Source of the DNA: a virus
Virus record (IMG/VR): IMGVR_UViG_3300037424_002358
Location: 47,963 to 111,962 of that record
Length of the DNA stretch: 64,000 nt
Strand: one strand, 5' to 3'
Below, one piece after another: positions 18,301 to 23,975 of this stretch. The position numbers and the translations under genes were made by a program. The number at the start of each line of letters is the position of its first letter. Position 1 is the first letter of the stretch. Under the pieces are notes generated by a model. It did no database searches and was not told the origin of the DNA. It saw nothing but the letters and a program-made list of their open reading frames with translations.

Positions 18301-21300
18301 CCAGGTAGGTTAGGGAGTCAGGTTCGCCCATCTGACCCGCGGTGCCTTTTCTACCCGTGTAGACGTTCGATACCCAATTGCCCACCTGCGGTAGTAGGCC
18401 ATGCTCAACGATGCTCTCGAGGTGATCCCGGAGCGTGCCGTGGAAGAACAGCCTGGGGCCTACCTGATTGGGCTTCAGCGACGCGGGCACTTTGACCGTC
18501 CCGCCCGCGCTCGGTGCGCTTCCTCCGACCTCACCGGGCCGACCCTCGTGCCCGAAGTGACCTGAGCCAGGGCCACCACGGAGGGCGAGACCTGCCCACC
18601 ACGGTAGCGGCTTCGGCGTCCAGCGGCGCCCGACCAGCGCACTCGTGAACTCTCTATCGGGCCATCCTGTCACGACGCCGGAGTCGGCGATTGCTCCGAA
18701 GGGTCTACCCTCCGGGTTCACGCGCTCCCAAACGACGCCCTTGTCCGCGTCGGGAACATCCGCCTCCATCGTGTATCGAGCAATCGACGCCAGAACCGAA
18801 CGCTGGTCGTCCGTCGGTGTGAGGTTCCGATCCCACATGATGCCGACGTAGTTTTCCCGACCTGCGCTCCCTCGACTGACACGGATGAACCCGTGGGCAG
18901 TGAAGAGTCCCTCGCCTGTCGCGCTCGGCACGCCATGCGCGATGAGCGTTGCCGACGACCGCTCCATTGCATCCTGCTTCGCCGCCTCAAGGGTCGCAGA
19001 TGCTACGACGCCGTGGGGCAAGCCATATTCCTCCTGCAGTCTGTCTATCCAGCCGGATGGGCGGTATGTGTAGGGCCAATCGCTTCCTGGCTCGTTCGTG
19101 ATGCGCCCGAGGCGGAGCGACCCGTTTGCGGACTCATACTCGACAAAGACAGCGGGGTTGTCAGGCGGATAGTCTGGATCGGGCGGGAATGAGTATTGAG
19201 CCTTGGTTTCCTCTGGAAGAACGGTCGAGTAGTAGGCCACGAGCGCATTCATCGCGGCCTGCTCGTGGCCCTTGCCCTCGACATTGAAGATGGTGCCATC
19301 GGGCGCAAGCCAGAACTCCCCGGAGTTGGCTTCCTCGCGAGTGAGTTTCATGGCTTCCTCCGCGAGGACCTGCTGGAGGCCTTCTATGTCAGCCCGCGAG
19401 AACTTGTGTCCCTTGAAGGCGGTGTCATTGAGGCGCGGGCTGAGATGACTCGCGTACTTCGTCCCCTGCTCCGCAACCCCGCCGCCGCTTGGCGCGCTCC
19501 CGCCTACCTCCCCTGGCCGACCCTCATGCCCGAAGTGACCACTACCGGGACCGCCGCGCTCCTCAAGGGTCCGCCGGAAGTAATAGCGTCTGCTCTCCTT
19601 GAAGCCTGCCGCCTCGTCCCGCGGATCGTTGCCTCTCATGCCTACTGCGATGAAGCCGCCCGGTCCGTCAATGAGATAGTCGCTTCCAGTCATCGCGGTC
19701 AATGGCGTATAGGAACCCGACGTTATCACGACGCGCTCTTTCGCTTCGCCGAGAACGCGCCGGGCAATAGCCACTGCCTGCGACTTGCTGTATTCGTTGT
19801 AGCGCGATGTGGACCATTGGAGGATGCGTCCGAGTGCTGCCCCACTCAGGCGAAGCGGATTGGCCTGGCTACCAGGGCCACCTGCGTAGTGCGGGCCATA
19901 TTCGGCAAGCCTTCCCCCATCGGAAGCAGCATCGCCCGGTGCGCTCCCGCCAACCTCGCCTAGCCGACCCTCATGCCCGAAGTGGCCGGAGCCTGGCCCG
20001 CCGCGGGAAACGATAGATCGCGTGCGCAAGAGCGAGTCAACGCCCGATCCGTGAGGCCCATGTTCCAGGTCGACCGTTGCGCCTCCCGCCATCGGATGCA
20101 GAACGATGTCCCACGCCTCCCATGGGAGAATCTCAATGAGCCGCGGAATCTTCCCGGCCATCTCTGAGATGCGGCTTGCTTGCTCGTCGGTTATCTTCGC
20201 GCCGCCAGTCGACACTCCCTGTGTGCCCGACGTGCTCCATCGCACGAGGCCGAGTCCGAGCATGATGCCCTCGTGTGAGAAGTGCGCACCAGGGATGAAA
20301 CCGCTCGGCTCGACGCCAAAGAATTTCTTGAACCTGTCCGATAGGACGCCAGGATGCTCAAGAGCCGATTGGGCTGAACGGTCGTGACTCTCTACCTCGA
20401 CAACCGTTCCATCCCTGAGCAGCCAGTAGTCGCCAAAGCCTATGTGCGAGGGGGAGACTGTTGGAGGATATACATCTCGGATATGCCCCGCCTCGCGTTC
20501 CCTAAAAAGCGCCTCGACCTTGTCCCGGATGGCAGGAAACTCGCTGGCGATCTGGCTTTCCTTGAGCGATGGCGCAATACCAGCCATGCTCTCACCGTAG
20601 CGGGGCTGTGCCTCTGCCGTCGTCGCCCCGCTACCCGGCGCACTTCCGCCAACCTCACCAGGGCGACCCTCGTGCCCGAAGTGGCCCGATCCGGGGCCAC
20701 CGCGCTCAATGACGCTCCTCAGGAGACGTGCGCCCTCAGGTCCTATCTGGTGTTCGTCGACCACGGACTCGACGCCCGGATTGACGGCCAGGATATCCTT
20801 GATAGTGTTCACGACTCGCCGACCCACTTCGGGCGAAGCCTCAATCCCGAGACCGTTGGGCCACATAGACGTGAGGCGGGCAAAGCCATGCGCGAACATC
20901 CAGTCGGACGCCTCGCCGAAACCCATGTCGCCGAGGCCCGCGTCGGCTATCGAGACGCTTGCCGACTCGTGGTGCAGGGCCGACAGGCTGATGTCGGTCA
21001 AGTTGCCGTCGGGCCTGATCCAGAATCGCGCCGCCGTGCCCTTGAGCCTGACTGCCGTCGGATCAGCGGTGCCGTAGCGGCCAGCCATGGCGTCCGCGAC
21101 CTTGGCAGCAACTCCGCTCGGCTGCGACCCCCCGATCTCCCCTAGTCGCCCCTCATGACCGAAGTGCCCGGAGCCGGGACCGCCGCGCTGGGCGTAGCCC
21201 GCCGACCCGCCGTGACGCTCCGTGAAGTGCGATGAAAGAGTTGATAGAATCTGGTCGCCACTCGGCCACCAATCGTTCGGCGAGAGCGTCAGAGTTGCCA

Positions 21301-23116
21301 TGACCTCGTCGGCTGTCGTATTCTCCAGGTCATCGGTGAACTCGAAAACTGTATCCCGGCCATCGGACTGTACAGCGGCGTCCATCAGAGTGATGACTGA
21401 GTTGCGAAGTGCTGGCGAGATTGGCCGCGGAAGGTCTATGCCATAGCCTCGACGGCTTACCCGCATGCCATCGTCTATGGCATGCCAGCCAGTAGGCCAT
21501 CTGCCGACGCGGGCCAAGCCAGCCGAGACGAGGCGCATTTTGTCGTCGACACTTTCCTCCTGCTCGGCTATTGTGCGAGGCCAATGTCCATGAAGGGCAA
21601 AGAAGCCCACATCCTCGTGGTTGGCGTTCTGGGCTAGGTACGTTCCATCCGACCCGATATACGAGGCATCGAGCGGGTCCGATTTGCCGAACTCGTCCTC
21701 TATTCTCCCCGTCAAGACTCTTCCTTCCGGTAGCGTCATCCCCGGTGCGCTTCCACCCACCTGCCCCGGCCGCCCCTCATGACCGAAGTGCCCGGAGCCG
21801 GGACCGCCGCGCAGTTCTAGGCCAGCGACGCGGGCAAGTTGTTCTGTGTCACCGCCATGAGGCCAACTGGACAAGCCGCGGTTGAAATTGGCCTCGTACT
21901 TCACTTCCGTGTCGCGGTTGGCGAGAAGATAATCCGTCAGCGTACTCCTGGCGGCGCGCGTAAGCGGAGTCCAGAAATCGAGGGCGATCCGACGGTTGTA
22001 GACATTGGTCACGCGTACGAAGCCGAGTGCGCGCATGGCCTGGAGCCAACGCTGTGGATCGCTCTGATCGCCGGATGGCAGATCGGCCTTCTTCAGAGCC
22101 TCAGCAGCCGCGTCGGCATGGGTATCTTCTAGGCCGCTCTCACGTGGACGGATGGAAATCGCGCGTCCGTCTGGAGCAATGTAGCCGTCGAACATGGAAC
22201 CGGGTTTGACCGTAAACTCGCCATGTCCACGGGCACTCACCATTGCATCAGCGACTCGGACGGCCTTTGAGCCGTAGCGTCTCTCTGGCTCGCGCGTGGA
22301 TGCTCCCCCTCCGGGCGCGCTACCCCCGACCTCACCAGGGCGCCCCGCGTGGCCGAAGTGGCCCGAACCGGGGCCGCCGCGCATCACCGTCAGCGCCTCG
22401 CCGAGCAGGAGAGGACGCCTAGACCCATTCAGGAAGACGACCTCGCCGCGTAGCGCCGCCGCGATCTCCGAACGTCCCACGGCGACCCTGTGCCCGTTGC
22501 GCTGTCCAGGCCACACGTGCGGCCCGCCCCGCTCGACCAAGGCCCGGTCACCGGCCATCATCGGCAGGTGCACCGTCCTGACGCTGTCGTACTCGTCGCG
22601 GGACACAACCACGCCGCGGGCTGGCAGGTGGAACGGCAGGACGCCGGGTGCCAGAGCGGTTAGGCCATCCAGGTTGCTGTCAGGTGCCATGTCCGTAAGG
22701 AGCGACACATGCGGGATGTATCGGGCCGGGTTGGAAAAGTCGTTCGCGTCGGGCGTGCAGCCGTTCTCCAACGCGAGCCGGTAGAGGTCGGACTGGAGTC
22801 GGACGAGCGCCGGGTCCGGGGCTACGGACAGCGCCAGCGCGCCGCCCATCTGAATCGGCTCGACCAACTCGACCCTGAACATCAGCGGCAGGCCGAGGTT
22901 GTTCCAGATGCGTTCGAGCGCCGTATCCTCGGCCCCGTCGAGGTAGACGAGACTGCAATGGAAATGGGCCGGGTTGAGCCGGTCGCAGGATATGCCGCGC
23001 CGCCTCAACTCGGCCTCATACAGCGCACTCAAGTTCGCGAGCGTGGGATCGTTCGGGAAAGCGAGGTAGACGAACGCGGCGTGGCCGACCGCCCGCCGCA
23101 TGATCGGCAGCGCCAC
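15380..23116 (-). CDS. Giant tag-punctuated polyprotein: 2H phosphoesterase + 10 tagged cargo domains (6x PDG-H-GFxR, 1 unknown, ART, zincin, JAB)
   Basis: Open frame 15380..23323; real start probably GTG 23116 or ATG 23101 because 23134..23436 is a separate gene. Motifs: HCS/HVS (2H), FHGT..SI..GL.P (ART), HEVGH (zincin), THSHPS..FS..D (JAB). Confidence 0.85.
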   Translation of the reverse strand: MALPIMRRAVGHAAFVYLAFPNDPTLANLSALYEAELRRRGISCDRLNPAHFHCSLVYLDGAEDTALERIWNNLGLPLMFRVELVEPIQMGGALALSVAPDPALVRLQSDLYRLALENGCTPDANDFSNPARYIPHVSLLTDMAPDSNLDGLTALAPGVLPFHLPARGVVVSRDEYDSVRTVHLPMMAGDRALVERGGPHVWPGQRNGHRVAVGRSEIAAALRGEVVFLNGSRRPLLLGEALTVMRGGPGSGHFGHAGRPGEVGGSAPGGGASTREPERRYGSKAVRVADAMVSARGHGEFTVKPGSMFDGYIAPDGRAISIRPRESGLEDTHADAAAEALKKADLPSGDQSDPQRWLQAMRALGFVRVTNVYNRRIALDFWTPLTRAARSTLTDYLLANRDTEVKYEANFNRGLSSWPHGGDTEQLARVAGLELRGGPGSGHFGHEGRPGQVGGSAPGMTLPEGRVLTGRIEDEFGKSDPLDASYIGSDGTYLAQNANHEDVGFFALHGHWPRTIAEQEESVDDKMRLVSAGLARVGRWPTGWHAIDDGMRVSRRGYGIDLPRPISPALRNSVITLMDAAVQSDGRDTVFEFTDDLENTTADEVMATLTLSPNDWWPSGDQILSTLSSHFTERHGGSAGYAQRGGPGSGHFGHEGRLGEIGGSQPSGVAAKVADAMAGRYGTADPTAVRLKGTAARFWIRPDGNLTDISLSALHHESASVSIADAGLGDMGFGEASDWMFAHGFARLTSMWPNGLGIEASPEVGRRVVNTIKDILAVNPGVESVVDEHQIGPEGARLLRSVIERGGPGSGHFGHEGRPGEVGGSAPGSGATTAEAQPRYGESMAGIAPSLKESQIASEFPAIRDKVEALFREREAGHIRDVYPPTVSPSHIGFGDYWLLRDGTVVEVESHDRSAQSALEHPGVLSDRFKKFFGVEPSGFIPGAHFSHEGIMLGLGLVRWSTSGTQGVSTGGAKITDEQASRISEMAGKIPRLIEILPWEAWDIVLHPMAGGATVDLEHGPHGSGVDSLLRTRSIVSRGGPGSGHFGHEGRLGEVGGSAPGDAASDGGRLAEYGPHYAGGPGSQANPLRLSGAALGRILQWSTSRYNEYSKSQAVAIARRVLGEAKERVVITSGSYTPLTAMTGSDYLIDGPGGFIAVGMRGNDPRDEAAGFKESRRYYFRRTLEERGGPGSGHFGHEGRPGEVGGSAPSGGGVAEQGTKYASHLSPRLNDTAFKGHKFSRADIEGLQQVLAEEAMKLTREEANSGEFWLAPDGTIFNVEGKGHEQAAMNALVAYYSTVLPEETKAQYSFPPDPDYPPDNPAVFVEYESANGSLRLGRITNEPGSDWPYTYRPSGWIDRLQEEYGLPHGVVASATLEAAKQDAMERSSATLIAHGVPSATGEGLFTAHGFIRVSRGSAGRENYVGIMWDRNLTPTDDQRSVLASIARYTMEADVPDADKGVVWERVNPEGRPFGAIADSGVVTGWPDREFTSALVGRRWTPKPLPWWAGLALRGGPGSGHFGHEGRPGEVGGSAPSAGGTVKVPASLKPNQVGPRLFFHGTLRDHLESIVEHGLLPQVGNWVSNVYTGRKGTAGQMGEPDSLTYLAGPNAYPSYDDEMRPGSPEAHDGVSDDPAMAAITAAMAQSVIARGGDWNWTQGSAIWPPLEQLREDALVAVIDPDAVRDAEIAWTGSEGGMAYAAEIGPNGDIEFGTEGKEIGGKGPEEGDYTTSSVVRPTAFVYGDDFVTWFATWVLSHRTGGDLETSYNELVTSRADEWWDKYEDDFMDILWPGEQLEEESLSVRAVCRLRPRRIFIPLEILERGGPGSGHFGHEGRPGEVGGSAPGAGAGITQEWNEGYLYNFRRAVADAFSPHESPFVPGHRSMNGWLVSPDGRVFETGFGNHDAAFADAIRKAGLDEEPIEGLEEAFEDAEGEARNLPDVFLDTVIQVMYDSGFIAVDEDAREGPVNVILAFKGRPPQTAAQRRAIRDMVLSGDISPEFEFMTPSGQLIGGDSLRAFEKAVGITMRGGPGSGHFGHAGRPGEVGGSAPGGGGPPEERRIGGNRYVFGNPETAAAVQGMVERAERKLNLRLRGLRLTDDPVALNDFLREELIDFKPTPPEKYDEVRAAVAEVWGNVWGLAAYNRADNRAMLWLNPDFGDKVRGHVPGKFPGFDEWLEASRTIGSDVYNDTLGHEVGHLVDYALQLDDVFTDSLAKGEYRYLVSLAAISPYKESSRDDEYRADLISSYLNGRDDFLRFSHASDLLGTGILPMAEMNENNRRDRSAMLETIRARVERRQGEVEFKAARRTHYVRVPYNGPVEEIISVDDPSDYPEEWIIRGGPGSGHFGHEGRPGQVGGSVPGGGGMREVVGSGGSLIGEGLKTYQEREYVGVQFDPSSAAQEAIRSAESDLYSRGHDDAEKAYAVDASGEVLIEKIGTGWDDPKGAGIFWTDEEQATMRGSTLTHSHPSGRAFSPEDIIFACKNHLAEIRAVGTDYAGNRWLYRFQPAENAAGRAGWDTGKIADAYGSADRSVYDEWQPQVTADSSLRSWAETNHGHEVMTRFSIDHPEVVRFYGREKVN
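16040..22381 (-). repeat. Ten dispersed in-frame 69-bp tag repeats (22313-22381, 21743-21811, 21119-21187, 20636-20704, 19937-20005, 19490-19558, 18512-18580, 17588-17656, 16973-17041, 16040-16108)
   Basis: Each encodes RGGPGSGHFGH[E/A]GR[P/L]G[E/Q][V/I]GGS[A/Q/V]P, with synonymous codon variation. Confidence 0.97.
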
Positions 23117-23133
23117 CGTCGAGGGGATGAAGG

Positions 23134-23436
23134 CTACTCGCCCGAGAGGATCGTCACGCCGAATTTGGTCTGCCACCCCAGCCTGCCTAGATGGAGGCCG
23201 AACGAGAGAAGCCATCCGGTTAGAACCTCGCTCACGACCGGCACGTAGATCGGTGCCAGAAGGTTCACGCCCATCAGCCAGGCCAGCAGCGGCAAGAGCC
23301 AGCAGCCGAGACAGAAGTCGCACTCGCCCAGTTCAGCCAGGATCGGGTGCGCGCTCCAGAGCCGCCTCGTCAGGCCGTTCGTCTGGACAATCCAGATCGC
23401 GAGCCGGCCCACGACGAGCGCTGCGATCAGGTTCAA
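23134..23436 (-). CDS. Small membrane protein with CxxCxxxW (DUF1360-like)
   Basis: Hydrophobic helices, ECDFCLGCW; TTG start overlapping the previous stop. Confidence 0.6.
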   Translation of the reverse strand: MNLIAALVVGRLAIWIVQTNGLTRRLWSAHPILAELGECDFCLGCWLLPLLAWLMGVNLLAPIYVPVVSEVLTGWLLSFGLHLGRLGWQTKFGVTILSGE

Positions 23437-23960
23437 CGCACGAGCACCCACATGACGGATTGCCCGTTCATATCGACGGTCACGACCTCGGTGTTGAACA
23501 GCCGATAGCCGTCGGACAGCAAGCCGTCCAGAAGCGCGTCGGCGTCCTGCGTGGTCAGCGCAGGCGGGATCGCTCCCATATTGCCCCGGATCGTGCGGAT
23601 GATGTGCCTGATCTCCTTGAAGCCCTGACCCTCATGGCCCTTCGGCTTTGCGAACAGCCAGGTCATGAAAATCCCGTCCGTCACTACACCCCGCGTCCGG
23701 GCCATCAGAATGTCGTACCCGTTCTGAAGGACCTTGGAGAGTTCGGCGTCAGCCGCATCTGCGGCGACGACCGACTCGCTCCACGGGCCACCACGGGCCG
23801 CCACGACGCGGGAGAAGTGGCGGGGTGCCTCGTAGGAGGCGGGGATGAAGGGGGCCGACCCGTTCAGGCCAGCGGCGCTCTTCTTGGACTCCTTCTGCTT
23901 CGAGTCGGTCGTGTCTTTGGCGTCCTTGGTCGCCACAGCCTGCGTGCTACGCTTGCTCAT
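23433..23960 (-). CDS. Hypothetical protein with an internal tandem duplication
   Basis: ADAELSKVLQNGYDI / ADALLDGLLSDGYRL; GGAG RBS. Confidence 0.65.
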   Translation of the reverse strand: MSKRSTQAVATKDAKDTTDSKQKESKKSAAGLNGSAPFIPASYEAPRHFSRVVAARGGPWSESVVAADAADAELSKVLQNGYDILMARTRGVVTDGIFMTWLFAKPKGHEGQGFKEIRHIIRTIRGNMGAIPPALTTQDADALLDGLLSDGYRLFNTEVVTVDMNGQSVMWVLVR

Positions 23961-23975
23961 GACAACTCCTCTCCT

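Noticed and set aside
16040-22381. CRISPR array or DNA-level repeat element
   Set aside because: Repeats are 69 bp, in frame, synonymously variable and 447-978 nt apart; conservation is at the peptide level.
16040-22381. Tags as inteins or 2A ribosomal-skipping peptides
   Set aside because: No Cys/Ser...His-Asn intein termini and no DxExNPGP motif.
23117-23323. First ~69 codons of the 2647-aa ORF
   Set aside because: They overlap the credible membrane-protein gene 23134..23436; the real start is more likely 23116 or 23101.
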